Shown: positions 1 to 9,350, counted from the stretch's first letter. The stretch: DNA of 32,000 nucleotides from Phycisphaera mikurensis NBRC 102666 (GCF_000284115.1 NC_017080.1:720001-752000); one strand, 5' to 3'. Notes: generated from the letters alone by a model not told the origin. Translations and numbers: made by a program.

Positions 1-566
1 TCGACCGCATCGTCGTCTCCTCCGACTCCGACGCGATGCTCGAGATGGCCGCCAACGCGGGCGCCGCCACCCACCGGCGGGCGCTGGAGTACTGCGACGA
101 GAAGACCCGCAGCTTCGGCGAGGTCGTCCGCCACATCGCCGAGAGCGTCGAGGGCGAGCACGTGCTCTGGGCCACCTGCACCTCGCCGCTCGTGTTCCCG
201 ACCGCCTACGCCCGGGCCTTCTCCGCCTACGAGCAGGCGCTCGCCGAGGGTTACGACTCGCTGATGTCGGTCTACACCTTCCGCCGCTACCTCTGGAACG
301 CGGAGGGCCCGCTCAACTACGAGCTGGGCCTCAAGCACGTGCCCTCGCAGCAGCTCCCGCCGCTGCAGTTCGTGACCGACGGCATCCTGATCGCGCCGCG
401 TCAGCGGATGATCGAGTGGTCCTACTTCCACGGCCCCAACCCGCACCGCTTCGAGGTCACCAAGCGGGAGGCCGTCGACATCGACGACACCCACGACCTG
501 CTGGAGGCCCGCGCCCTGCTCGACACCGACCCCTCGGTGATGGAACGCGACCCGTACTTCACGTAG
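1..566 (+). CDS. acylneuraminate/CMP-sugar cytidylyltransferase family protein (5' end outside window)
   Basis: The reading frame is open from base 3 (DRIVVSSDSDAMLEMAANAGA...), continuous with ORF 36..566. The pattern ..VSSDSD..A...GA...R......D, TSPL, DSLMSV and a C-terminal DIDD..D...A..LL is typical of NeuA/PseF-like cytidylyltransferases. GC3 is high. Confidence 0.7.
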   Translation, partial: DRIVVSSDSDAMLEMAANAGAATHRRALEYCDEKTRSFGEVVRHIAESVEGEHVLWATCTSPLVFPTAYARAFSAYEQALAEGYDSLMSVYTFRRYLWNAEGPLNYELGLKHVPSQQLPPLQFVTDGILIAPRQRMIEWSYFHGPNPHRFEVTKREAVDIDDTHDLLEARALLDTDPSVMERDPYFT

Positions 567-639
567 CGCGGTCGCGAGGCCGCTCCACGTGCTCGGGAGA
601 GAATCGCAAGGAGCGAGCGGGCGGTGCCGTGCCGCCGTG

Positions 640-1335
640 TCAGGCGGCGGGCGAGCGCGTCGCGACCAGGTCCGGGTGCCGCGGCAGCCGCTGCGCTCCG
701 TCGGGCAGCCGCGGCCAGCAGGTCAGCATCGCCCGGTAGAACCGCATCCGGTCGCTACGCGTGATCCCCGCCGCCGCCGGATCGGGCGCTTGCGATGCCG
801 CCGCGTTCAGCGTCCTGAGCAGCGTGAGCAGCATCGGCAGCGACATCATCACCAGCGGGATCCCGCGGGCCCCCCGGAAGCCGGGCGTGTCGAGGATCCG
901 CACCTCGTCGAGCCCCGCGCCCAGCACCAGGTTGCTCGCCTTGTGGTCCCGGTTGCGGATGCGCTGGTAGAGGATCTTCCCCGTCAGCACGCCCGCCTGC
1001 CGCGTCACCCGGTGCCGCGTCGCCGGGTCGTCCAGCCGGCCCGCCGCGACGGCGTCGTGCAGGCTCGGCCCCGCGTGCGGCGTCGCCACCCACGAGCGGC
1101 CCTGCTCGTCCACGCCCGAGGCGATCACCGGCACCGTCGGCACGCCCGCCGTCGCCAGCTTCTCCGCCCACTGCACCTCCTTCTGCGCCGGATGAACCCC
1201 CAGCCGCCGCGTCAGCGCCTGCTTCCACCGCGGGTGCTCGTAGCGCTTGAAGACCTCGTCGCCGCTGCGCCAGACCGTCGATCGACCGTCGCGCTTGAGG
1301 ACCTGGCCGTCGCGGGGGGGCGGGGGGAGCTGCAC
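640..1335 (-). CDS. lipopolysaccharide kinase (Kdo/WaaP/InaA) family protein
   Basis: This is the frame of ORF 640..1425. Supporting motifs are VLKRDGRSTVWR..FKRYEH.RW, EVQWAEKLATAGVPTVPVIA, RDHKASNLVL (catalytic-loop-like) and ILDTPG. The start is placed at GTG 1335 because the upstream 30 codons are a Pro-rich reading of a G-rich tract. The start is uncertain (1335-1425). Confidence 0.6.
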   Translation of the reverse strand: MQLPPPPRDGQVLKRDGRSTVWRSGDEVFKRYEHPRWKQALTRRLGVHPAQKEVQWAEKLATAGVPTVPVIASGVDEQGRSWVATPHAGPSLHDAVAAGRLDDPATRHRVTRQAGVLTGKILYQRIRNRDHKASNLVLGAGLDEVRILDTPGFRGARGIPLVMMSLPMLLTLLRTLNAAASQAPDPAAAGITRSDRMRFYRAMLTCWPRLPDGAQRLPRHPDLVATRSPAA

Positions 1336-1501
1336 GCGCGGAAGGTAGAGGCAGAGGGGCGCAGGGGCGGGGAGGCGGGGAGGCGGGGAGACGATCAGCT
1401 GAACCGACGCAGACGGCCGAAGCAAGCCGTCGCCTGCCCCTGCCTTGCTCTCTCCTTCGGTCTTCCTCCCGCTCTTCCCGCTGCTTTACCCTCCCGCCCC
1501 C

Positions 1502-2674
1502 GTGCGGATCTGCCTGTTCACCCCCACCTTCTATCCGCACGTCGGCGGCGCCGAGCTCGACGCCGACCTCATCGCCCGCGGCCTCGTCGCCCGCGGCCAC
1601 CGCGTCACGGTGCTGACGCAGAAGCTGAAGGCCGGCCCGCCGCCGGCCGACCTCCCGTACCCGGTGGCCTTCTACCGGCGGCTCTTCAAGCAGCACCGCC
1701 TGCCCGCTGCGCCCGCGCTCGCCCTGCACCGCCTGCACAAGCGGGAGCGATTCGACGCGGTGCTGGCCTTCTACAGCTACCCCTGCGGCTACGCGGCGGT
1801 GCGGTGGGGCCGCCGCGAGCGGCGGCGCGGCCGCGAGCGGCCCGGGATCGTGCTCTCGCCGCGCGGCGGCGACCTATACCCCCGCTTCCACGGGCTCAAG
1901 AAGCGGGGCGTGCCGGAGGTGATCGCCAAGGGATACCGCGCCGCCGACCGCATCGTCAGCATCAGCGCGTGGATCAGCGACCGCCTGCGGGAGGTCTGCG
2001 CCCCCCACGACACGCCGCCGACGACGGTGGTCTTCAACGGCCTCGACCTGGACGCCTGGGACGCGGAAGCGGCCGAGGCCCGGAAGCTCGCGCCGGTCAT
2101 CGACGGCCCCTTCGTGCTCCACCTCGCCCGCGTCGCGCCCGTCAAGCGGCAGGACCTCGCCGTGGACGCGGTGACCGAGCTGGCCGACGCGTTCCGCGCC
2201 CGCGGGCTCCGGTACGTCATCGTCGGCGAGGGCGAGCTGCTCGGGCCGCTGCGGAGCACCGTCGCCGAGCGCGGCCTCCAGGACGTCCTCTCGCTGCCCG
2301 GCACGATCGGCGGGCTCGAGAAGAGCTGGCTCTTCCACCACGCACGCTTCTTCTCGTCCACCTCCCGCGAAGAAGGGCTGGGCAACGTCACGCTCGAGGC
2401 CATGGCCAGCGGGCTGCCCATGCTCGCCAGCGACATCGGCCCGCACCGCGAGCTCATCGGCGAGGATCCCGCCACCTCCTGGGGCCGCCTCTGGAAGAGC
2501 GAGGATCTCCCCTCCTGCGTGGCCGCCCTGCGGGCGATGCTCGACGAGGACCTTGGCGTGCTGCGCGAGCGGGCCCTGCGGGAGCGGACCCGGTACACCC
2601 GGGCGGCGATGATCGACGGCTACGAGGCGGCGCTGGAAGCGGCCGTGGAGGACGCGGCGGGGGCTCCGCGGTGA
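1502..2674 (+). CDS. glycosyltransferase family 4 (GT-B fold, Glycos_transf_1)
   Basis: The N-terminus reads RICLFTPTFYPHVGGAE..ARGLVARGHRVTVLT. The C-terminal EEGLGNVTLEAMASGLPMLASDIGPHRELI is the classic E-x7-E region. GTG 1502 is chosen over TTG 1445, so the start is uncertain. Confidence 0.85.
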   Translation: MRICLFTPTFYPHVGGAELDADLIARGLVARGHRVTVLTQKLKAGPPPADLPYPVAFYRRLFKQHRLPAAPALALHRLHKRERFDAVLAFYSYPCGYAAVRWGRRERRRGRERPGIVLSPRGGDLYPRFHGLKKRGVPEVIAKGYRAADRIVSISAWISDRLREVCAPHDTPPTTVVFNGLDLDAWDAEAAEARKLAPVIDGPFVLHLARVAPVKRQDLAVDAVTELADAFRARGLRYVIVGEGELLGPLRSTVAERGLQDVLSLPGTIGGLEKSWLFHHARFFSSTSREEGLGNVTLEAMASGLPMLASDIGPHRELIGEDPATSWGRLWKSEDLPSCVAALRAMLDEDLGVLRERALRERTRYTRAAMIDGYEAALEAAVEDAAGAPR

Positions 2675-2927
2675 GGTTCTCCGGGTGCCGGGGTGCGTCC
2701 GGGCGGTCGCTTCGCCTCGTCGCGAAGGACGCGAAGGCACGGGGGCACGGAGCGGAAGCAGGAGCGATGGATCCGCGGACCGTCGCCGTTTTCCCGCTTT
2801 CCGAGCGGCGGTCCGCGGCGCTGGCTCCGCTTCTCCGGGCGGACCCGACGCCTCCGCTCCGCCTGCGGTCCGCAGGCCGCCGTGGACGGGCGCACCCGGC
2901 GGGCGGAGCGCTGCCCGGAGCACCCGG

Positions 2928-3818
2928 GTGAAGTTCATCTACACCCTCGTCGACGAGGCCGCCGGCCGGTACAGCGACCAGACGGCCGCCTCGGTCGCGT
3001 TCCTCCGTCACCTGCACCCGGCGGCGACGATCGACCTCTGGGCGGATCCACCGACCGAGCGGGCGCTGCGCGACGCGGACCACCCGCTCGCCGCAGCGGT
3101 CGACGCGCTCCACGCCGTCGACACCGGCATGGCCTCGGCCCCGCTTAGGAGCCGGTGGCTCCGCACCTCGCTCGCCCGGCTGGTCGACGGCCCCTTCCTG
3201 ACCCTCGACGGCGACACGCTCTGCGTGCAGCCGCTCGGAGAGATCTTCGAGACCGCCGAGCCCTTCGCCGCCGCCAGCGACTGCCGCGCCGCCGATCCCG
3301 CCCTCGCCGTGAACCGCAAGGCCCGCGCGATGTCCGACGCGATGGGCTGGCCGCCGGCGCCGCGCTACTTCAACGGCGGCGTGCTCTACTTCGACGGCTC
3401 TCGGCGAGCCGCGGAGCTCGGCGCCGCCTGGCACCGCCACTGGCTCGCTTTCGCCGTCGAACGCGGCGTCGCCCACCTCGACCAGCCCGCGCTCAACCAC
3501 GCGATCCAGGAAACCGGCGTTCCCGTCCGCGTCCTGCCCCGGCCCTTCAACGCCATGTTCCACGAGCGGCCGGCGCACCTGCGCGACGCCCGCCTCTGGC
3601 ACCTGTTCACCAGCGTCCACCCCGACGCGGCCGAGGCCGAGACCGTCTTCGGCGAGGCCGCCCGCCTCGCCCGTGCGGGGAAGCTCGACGCCGCCGCGAT
3701 CCAGCGGGTCATCGACCGGCGCTGGCCCTGGACCACCGACCGCTCCTTCCGCCGCCGCTGGGCCGCCGGCGACCGCCTCGCCGCCTTCCGCACGCTTCTG
3801 CCGGTCCGCGGCCGGTGA
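2928..3818 (+). CDS. glycosyltransferase family 8-like protein (putative LPS/glycan glycosyltransferase)
   Basis: This is the frame of ORF 2685..3818. The coding-like sequence begins at GTG 2928 (VKFIYTLVDEAAGRY). It has a DxD-like LDGDTL, a YFNGGVLYF motif and DQPALNH. The upstream 81 codons are Arg/Gly/Ser-rich and look noncoding. Confidence 0.55.
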   Translation: MKFIYTLVDEAAGRYSDQTAASVAFLRHLHPAATIDLWADPPTERALRDADHPLAAAVDALHAVDTGMASAPLRSRWLRTSLARLVDGPFLTLDGDTLCVQPLGEIFETAEPFAAASDCRAADPALAVNRKARAMSDAMGWPPAPRYFNGGVLYFDGSRRAAELGAAWHRHWLAFAVERGVAHLDQPALNHAIQETGVPVRVLPRPFNAMFHERPAHLRDARLWHLFTSVHPDAAEAETVFGEAARLARAGKLDAAAIQRVIDRRWPWTTDRSFRRRWAAGDRLAAFRTLLPVRGR

Positions 3819-3937
3819 CCCGCTCTCCGCCGCTGGGTGCCCGCGGGCTCACGCCGGTTTCGGCCGCCCCGGCGCCGCCCGCGACGCGGGGCGAACCGGG
3901 CGCCGGGGGGGCCCGCGGTCGCTCCTCCCGCCGGCCG

Positions 3938-4600
3938 CTACCGGCTCGCCCACTCCATGCCGCGGAGCACGATCTCGCGGGCGGTGGGGTCGTCGAAGTC
4001 CGCCGGGGTGTGCCCCCAAGCGGCGCAGAACACCCGGCCGCTGCCCCAGGTCTTCGTCCACGCGTAGGGCATCACGACGCCCTGGCGGTACAGGCTCGGG
4101 TCCCCCGCGGCCTGGTCGAAGGTCGTCGTGCACAGCACGCGATTGCCGGGGTCGTGGTGGCAGTAGTACTGCTCGGTCGGCCCGAGCGTGAACGACGCCG
4201 GCAGCCCCCGCGTGATCGGGTGGGCGCGGTCGGTGACCGCGACGTCGTAGGTCAGGTGCTCGTTGCCGGGGTGGGCGACCCACTGGGCCCCGGTCATCCA
4301 CTGGTAGTCGCAGTTCGCCCGGAACGCGTCGACCATGCCGCCGTGGAAGCCGGCGATCCCGCATCCGCCGCGGATCAGCCCGTCCATTGCTTCCCACTGC
4401 TCCGTGGAGATCTCGCCCATCGTCCAGACCGGCACGAGCAGGCCGAGGCCCTCGGTGGCGTCCGCGTCGGTCAGCGTGTCGAGCGTGTCCGAGACCGTCG
4501 CTTCGTGCCCCCGGTCCCGTAGCAGCCCGGCGAAGAGCTCGGCGCAGGCCGCGGGGTGGTGACCGTCCCAGCCGCCTTGGATGAAGAGGATCTTGCTCAT
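3938..4600 (-). CDS. ThuA domain-containing protein
   Basis: The internal ATG at 4600 gives a 220-aa protein, MSKILFIQGGWDGHHP...GIAGFHGG...HPITRGL...EQYY...WTKTWGSGRVFCAAWGH, which has the ThuA (trehalose-utilisation-like) signature. The 460-aa ORF-track extension upstream is rejected. Confidence 0.85.
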   Translation of the reverse strand: MSKILFIQGGWDGHHPAACAELFAGLLRDRGHEATVSDTLDTLTDADATEGLGLLVPVWTMGEISTEQWEAMDGLIRGGCGIAGFHGGMVDAFRANCDYQWMTGAQWVAHPGNEHLTYDVAVTDRAHPITRGLPASFTLGPTEQYYCHHDPGNRVLCTTTFDQAAGDPSLYRQGVVMPYAWTKTWGSGRVFCAAWGHTPADFDDPTAREIVLRGMEWASR

Positions 4601-4658
4601 CCGCGGACGGTACCGCCGCCGGAGCCGCGGGCCGCCGGTGCGGGCTAGCGTCCGGGCG

Positions 4659-4907
4659 ATGGCCCGCTCCTTCCCCCTCCGTGCGGCGGCCGCGGCCGCC
4701 GTGTCCGTCGTCGCCGCCGGCGCGGCCGCCTGCCCGCTGTGCGACACCGGCACGGGCGCCGAGGTCCGCGCCGGCCTGGTCGACGAGCACCTGCCGGTGT
4801 CGGTCGCGGCGGTGGCATTGCCGCTGGTCGGGGCCGGGCTTGCCCTGGGCGCCGTCACGCTGCTGCCCTCGTCGGGCTCCCGCGCCCGCGGACCGGAGGC
4901 CGCGTGA
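4659..4907 (+). CDS. small (82 aa) membrane/secreted protein with CPLC motif
   Basis: ATG 4659 gives MARSFPLRAAAAAAVSVVAAGAAACPLCDTGTG...VAAVALPLVGAGLALGAVTLL. It has an N-terminal hydrophobic segment, a CxxC motif and a C-terminal TM segment, with very high GC3. Its stop overlaps the next gene's GTG (GTGA at 4904-4907). Confidence 0.5.
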   Translation: MARSFPLRAAAAAAVSVVAAGAAACPLCDTGTGAEVRAGLVDEHLPVSVAAVALPLVGAGLALGAVTLLPSSGSRARGPEAA

Positions 4908-5434
4908 GCGAAACCGGCCGACGGTCCGCGGGCTCGCCCGCTCCGCCCGCGTCCGCCCGGGCCTCCGCCCGCCGGTCCCGCCGGCCGCTGGTGATCGCCG
5001 GCCTGCCGATCGGCATCGGCATGGGCGGCTTCGTCGACGGGATCCTCTTCCACCAGATCCTGCAGCTCCACAACATGCTCTCGGCGATCCGGCCGCCGGA
5101 CACGCTGGTGAACGTGGAGATCAACATGGTTTGGGACGGCCTGTTCCACGCGGGAACCTGGGCCTTCACCGCCGCGGGCATTTTCCTCCTGTTCCGCGCG
5201 GGCAAGGCCCCCGACGCCGCCTGGTCCGGCCGCACGCTCGGCGGGGCGGTGCTCGCGGGCTTCGGCCTCTTCAACCTGATCGAGGGCGTGATTGACCACC
5301 ACCTGCTCGGCGTGCACCACGTCGTCGAGCGGCTCGGCCCGAGCGTGTACGACTGGCTCTTCCTGGCCAGCGGGGTGCTGCTGCTCGCGGTGGGCGTCTG
5401 GCTCGTCAAGACCGACCGGCCCGCCGCCGCCTGA
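4904..5434 (+). CDS. DUF2243 domain-containing membrane protein
   Basis: GLPIGIGMGGFVDGILFHQILQLHNMLS and IEGVIDHHLLGVHHV match the DUF2243 pattern from memory. There are four predicted TM segments. The GTG 4904 start is inferred from the 4-nt overlap. Confidence 0.7.
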   Translation: MSETGRRSAGSPAPPASARASARRSRRPLVIAGLPIGIGMGGFVDGILFHQILQLHNMLSAIRPPDTLVNVEINMVWDGLFHAGTWAFTAAGIFLLFRAGKAPDAAWSGRTLGGAVLAGFGLFNLIEGVIDHHLLGVHHVVERLGPSVYDWLFLASGVLLLAVGVWLVKTDRPAAA

Positions 5435-5480
5435 TGCCGGGCGGGCCGGCGTCCCGCGGCCCGTCTACCCTCGCCGCGCC

Positions 5481-6410
5481 ATGAGAAGACGCGCGAACCG
5501 TCTGGTCCATCTGGCGGCCGTGGCCGCGGCGGCGGGCCCGGCGGGCGCCGCCACCGCCGAGGCTCCCGCGGCCGCTTCCGTGGCTCCCGCGCCGCCCGCC
5601 GCCGCGTCGACGCCGGAGGCCCTCGCCGCCGCCGACGGTCCGGACCGCGACAACGGGTGGTTCCCCGCCGGAACGCTCTTCCGCCCGTTCGCCGCCGACC
5701 GGCGGTGGCCCCGGTTCGAGGCGGGGCTGGAGCACTACGAGGGGTCCGCCAACCTCGGCAACGCCTACGCGGTGGGGCTTGGCGGCACCCTGCCTTTCTG
5801 GCGGGCGGAGTCGGGCGACCTGGAGGCGGGCCTGCAGGCGGGCGTCTTCTCCACCTTCGACCGGGACGCCCCGAGCCTCGACCTCTACAACAGCGACTAC
5901 GTCGCCGCGGCCTACCTCTCGGGCCTCCGCGGCCGCACGGCGTACCTCGTCCGCGTCCTGCACATCAGCACCCACCTCGGCGACGAGTTCGTCCTCGAGA
6001 ACCCGGAGGTCGAGCGCGAGAACTTCAGCATCGAGCGCTTCGGTGCCTTCCTCTCGCGGGAGTTTCTCCCCGCCGAGCCGCTGTCGCTGCGGGCCTACGC
6101 GGGGCTGGGCGTCCTCATCGGCGAGCCCAAGCCGACGGACTGGGGCCACGGCCGCGTGCAGTGGGGGCTGGAGGCCCGCCACCCCGCCGCCGGCAGGGTC
6201 GACCTGCTCGTCGCGGCCGACGTGCAGCACGAGGACGCGCGCGGCTTCCAGCCCGACCTCAGCGTCGTCGCCGGCCTCGAGCTGCCGACGGGCCGGCGCA
6301 ACACCGCGCTGCAGCTCCTCGGGACGTACTACATCGGCCGCAGCCCCAACGGCCAATTCTGGCGCGACAGCGTCCAGATCGTCGGCCTCAAGGCGGGCCT
6401 CGCCTTCTAG
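5481..6410 (+). CDS. DUF1207-like secreted/outer-membrane protein
   Basis: ATG 5481 gives MRRRANRLVHLAAVAAAAGPAGA, which is signal-like. LFRPFAADRRWPRF and HISTHLGDEF resemble DUF1207 signatures from memory. It ends in a beta-strand-like C-terminus, LKAGLAF. Confidence 0.6.
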   Translation: MRRRANRLVHLAAVAAAAGPAGAATAEAPAAASVAPAPPAAASTPEALAAADGPDRDNGWFPAGTLFRPFAADRRWPRFEAGLEHYEGSANLGNAYAVGLGGTLPFWRAESGDLEAGLQAGVFSTFDRDAPSLDLYNSDYVAAAYLSGLRGRTAYLVRVLHISTHLGDEFVLENPEVERENFSIERFGAFLSREFLPAEPLSLRAYAGLGVLIGEPKPTDWGHGRVQWGLEARHPAAGRVDLLVAADVQHEDARGFQPDLSVVAGLELPTGRRNTALQLLGTYYIGRSPNGQFWRDSVQIVGLKAGLAF

Positions 6411-6591
6411 AAATGCGCGGGCCGGGGTCGCGCACCCGCAAGTGCGGCCGGCCGCGGAAGCTGCACGCGGCGCGCCCCGTGTTTACCCTTAGGTTGCCAA
6501 GGGTGAACCCGCATCGCCGACCGCGGGCGAGAACCCCTCGCCCTCCACCTCTTGGAGTCGGCGGCGAATCTTTCTTACCCGAGACCTTTTC

Positions 6592-8139
6592 ATGCTCAGT
6601 GCTCGTGTTCGGTCGGGTGCGACGCGCCTCCTGCGGATCGGCGCCGCGGTCGCGGCGGTGGCCGCCGCTCCGGTCGCGGCGCAGCCGGTGAGCACGGTCG
6701 CCGGGCTGCGTGCGGCGGTGGCGGCGGCGTCCGACGGCGACGTCGTGGAGCTCGCCGCCGGCGACTACACGCTGGCGTCTTCGCTGCAGATCCGCTCGGG
6801 CGTGACGCTCCGCGGTGCGGGCACCGGGCGCACCACGCTGCGGGCGGCCGACGGCTGGCGGCCGGCCTTCGGCGGCAGCCTCGACGACGGAACCAACTTC
6901 CGGCGCCTGGATCCCTCCGCCTACCTCATCGACCTCGGCCGCGGCGTGAGCGATGGGGCGCGGATCGAGGGGATGACGCTCACGGGTGCGAACCTGCACG
7001 GGGCGGTGGCCGGCGTCGCCACCGACCGCTTGGCCTTTGAAGACCTGGAGGTCCGCGACTTCGGCTGGAGCGGGATCCGGCTGTTCATCTCCAACGACTC
7101 GGTCTTCCGCGGCAACGCCTTCCACAACGCCGGCGGCCGCGCGGGCGGGCCCGGGGTCAAGAGCGGTCCCACCGGCGGGGCGCTGAACCTCACGTACCTC
7201 AAGACCAGCGAGATCGCCAACAACCGCATCACCCGCGACCCCGGGAGCGACAACGTGTTCGGCGTGAAGGGGCGGGAGTTCCGCGACGTCGACGTCCACC
7301 ACAACACGATCGACACGAACTTCGCGATCGAGCTGCCCTTCGAGAACGACGAGCGGGTCACGATCCGCCACAACTTCCTCGACGGCACGGTCAGCCTGCC
7401 CAAGTTCGGCGGCGGCCGCGAGAACATCGGCCCCGAGGGCTCCGACAGCGCCTTCGAGATCCACCACAACGTGCTGACGCGGGCCTACTCCATCGAGGGC
7501 ACGCGCAACAACCTGGACGTGCACCACAACCTGTTCTCGATCGACCCCGACGACGACGGCGGCAACCTGATGTCCAGCTTCGGCGGCGGCTTCAAGGGCG
7601 TCGTCGGCGGGCCGGTGAGCTTCCGCGACAACCTCATCGACAACCCCGGCCGCGGCATTTTTTGGAGCGACGAGCCCCACGACAATTTCGAGTTCATCCG
7701 CAACCACGTGCGTCTCGACGAGAGCGAGCCCAACCCTTTCGGCACCGGCCTGTTCGGCTTCCGCGTGAGCCAGGACGACGGGGAGGGCGGCCGCTCCGAG
7801 ACAGACTTCTCCACCCTCACCCTCGCCGACAACCTCTTCGAGGTTCTTGGTGGGGAGGACGCCACCCGCGAGCTGTTCCGCAATCCCCAGAGCTTCGCGG
7901 CCCGCGTCGAGAACAACGATTTCGACGGCATCACCTTCACCGCGGCCCCCGAAAACTTCGACTTCGCCGCCTTCAACCCCGACACCGGCGCCGCCCGCGG
8001 CCCAAGCGGCCCGCTGGTCTTCCACGCCGGGGTCGGCGGCGAGTACGCCGTCGACGGCTTCTCCTTCACGCTCGTGCCCGAGCCGGCCGCGGCCGCGCTC
8101 GTGCTCGCCCCGCTGCTGGCGCTGCGGCGACGCCGCTGA
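6592..8139 (+). CDS. right-handed parallel beta-helix repeat protein with C-terminal PEP-CTERM sorting signal
   Basis: It has a signal-like N-terminus and a pectate-lyase-fold opening (GDVVELAAGDYTL...IRSGVTLRGAG). Repeated N/H-rich turns follow (HHNTID, IRHNF, HHNVL, HHNLF). The C-terminus is VPEPAAAALVLAPLLALRRRR. Confidence 0.85.
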   Translation: MLSARVRSGATRLLRIGAAVAAVAAAPVAAQPVSTVAGLRAAVAAASDGDVVELAAGDYTLASSLQIRSGVTLRGAGTGRTTLRAADGWRPAFGGSLDDGTNFRRLDPSAYLIDLGRGVSDGARIEGMTLTGANLHGAVAGVATDRLAFEDLEVRDFGWSGIRLFISNDSVFRGNAFHNAGGRAGGPGVKSGPTGGALNLTYLKTSEIANNRITRDPGSDNVFGVKGREFRDVDVHHNTIDTNFAIELPFENDERVTIRHNFLDGTVSLPKFGGGRENIGPEGSDSAFEIHHNVLTRAYSIEGTRNNLDVHHNLFSIDPDDDGGNLMSSFGGGFKGVVGGPVSFRDNLIDNPGRGIFWSDEPHDNFEFIRNHVRLDESEPNPFGTGLFGFRVSQDDGEGGRSETDFSTLTLADNLFEVLGGEDATRELFRNPQSFAARVENNDFDGITFTAAPENFDFAAFNPDTGAARGPSGPLVFHAGVGGEYAVDGFSFTLVPEPAAAALVLAPLLALRRRR

Positions 8140-8238
8140 TCCGCTCCGCTTCTCCAACTTGCACTCGCACCCACCTCCCGACCCGCCGGGCGCAGCCCGA
8201 GCGGCCGCGCGTCGAGACCACCGAGAAGCAAGCAAGAT

Positions 8239-8683
8239 CCGCGGACCGTCGACCTCCGGAGCCGCCTCGCTCGTCGGTCCGCGGCTGGGGCTTGGCGGCG
8301 TGCGGGCAGCGCTTCGCTCAATCGCGGAGGAGACAGAGGGAGAGGAGAAGGCAGAGCCGAGAGAGCGGGGGTTGCCCCGCCCTGTAGAAACCTCTGTTCT
8401 GCGTTCGCGGAACCGCACCTCGTGCGACGGAAATGTTGCCTTCGATGGCCGGATCGCCACGCGATCCGGGCCGGACTGCCGAGGAGCGTCATTCGAGCGG
8501 AAGGTCTGCGGCTTCAACGGGCCCGGTCTGCGTGGCAGACCGGCGATCGCGGGCATCGAATGACGCCTCCCCGACCGCGTGCGAAGGGGGCGTCACGATT
8601 TGGACCGTGCAGGTTTCTTGCGGGTTCGGACCGAAAGATCGGGGGTTGTCCCCGTTTCGGACCCGTTTCGGACCGCATGGGAT
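8239..8683. repeat. interspersed repeat family 1, copy A (~440 bp)
   Basis: Hand alignment to 9343-9785 shows the core 8275-8655 differs from 9384-9765 at only ~15 positions in ~375. It contains the hairpins GGATCGC-CAC-GCGATCC (8451-8467), CCGGTCTGC-GTG-GCAGACCGG and TGACGCCTCCCC...GGGGGCGTCA, plus a purine-rich tract GGAGGAGACAGAGGGAGAGGAGAAGGCAGAG. Confidence 0.9.
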
Positions 8684-8710
8684 CCGCTTCGGTTCGCGTA
8701 AGCTGAGGTC

Positions 8711-8935
8711 ATGCCGGCCGGCGTCCAGATCACCCCGAACGTGTGCCACGGCAAGCCCGTCATCGCAGGCACCCGCGTGTTGGTGTCCACGGTGCTCGGT
8801 GCGCTCGCGGGCGGGGATCCGGTGCAGGCGGTGGCGGATGACTACGGGTTGACGCCGGAGCAGGTCGCCGCGGCGCTCGCATTCGCCGCAGAGCTCGCGG
8901 ACGTGCCCACGCTGGCGTACGACGGGGCCGCGTGA
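8711..8935 (+). CDS. DUF433 domain-containing protein (antitoxin-like partner)
   Basis: The 74-aa product is MPAGVQITPNVCHGKPVIAGTRVLVSTVLGALAGGD...DYGLTPEQVAAALAFA, a DUF433 signature. GAGG lies just upstream. Its stop overlaps the next start (GTGA). Confidence 0.85.
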   Translation: MPAGVQITPNVCHGKPVIAGTRVLVSTVLGALAGGDPVQAVADDYGLTPEQVAAALAFAAELADVPTLAYDGAA

Positions 8936-9297
8936 ACTTCCTGCTGGATGAGAACTTTCCGAAGGCGGTGCGTCCGGCTCTGGAGCGGGCGGGTCATCGC
9001 GTGATTGACTTCCGTGAGGTCGGCATCCGCGGGTCCGACGATGAAGCGATCATGACGCTCGCGGCGCAGGAGGACGCCGTTGTGCTCACGACGGACCGCG
9101 ACTTCTTCCACACGCTCGGCCGGGAGCCCGGTCACCCAGGCCTCGTGGTGGTTGCGCTCAAGCAGCCGACGCGGGAAAAGATCCTCGCCCGCCTCACCTG
9201 GCTGATCGAGCGCGTCGGCGAAGACCACCTCCGCGGCCGTGCTATTCAGCTCCGCGACCGAGCGTGGCAGGCGTACCCGCCGCTGGACGAGGGATGA
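8932..9297 (+). CDS. DUF5615 family PIN-like (Mut7-C-like) protein (toxin-like partner)
   Basis: MNFLLDENFP...VIDFREVG.RGSDDEAIMTLAAQEDAVVLTTDRDF is the typical DUF5615 pattern. It is paired with DUF433 as in known two-gene modules. Confidence 0.85.
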   Translation: MNFLLDENFPKAVRPALERAGHRVIDFREVGIRGSDDEAIMTLAAQEDAVVLTTDRDFFHTLGREPGHPGLVVVALKQPTREKILARLTWLIERVGEDHLRGRAIQLRDRAWQAYPPLDEG

Positions 9298-9350
9298 ATG
9301 TTCCTGTCACCTTCGCGGACCGTCACCTTCGCGGACCACCTTCGCGGACC
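9296..9350 (+). repeat. GAATGTtCCTGtCACCTTCGCGG motif followed by 3 tandem CACCTTCGCGGAC units
   Basis: Read directly: gaatgttcctgtcaccttcgcggac cgtcaccttcgcggac caccttcgcggac. It starts at the stop codon of the DUF5615 gene. Confidence 0.9.

Noticed and set aside
589-2931. A 780-aa ORF on the plus strand, plus similar long ORFs at 755..1738 and 1874..2938
   Set aside because: The translations are Arg/Pro/Gly/Ala-rich and low-complexity. They overlap well-supported genes in other frames or strands and are typical high-GC out-of-frame artefacts.
6388-8556. A 722-aa ORF antisense to the beta-helix PEP-CTERM gene
   Set aside because: It has no recognisable motifs and low-complexity composition. 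It runs on into repeat copy A, and the sense-strand gene has a clear domain signature.
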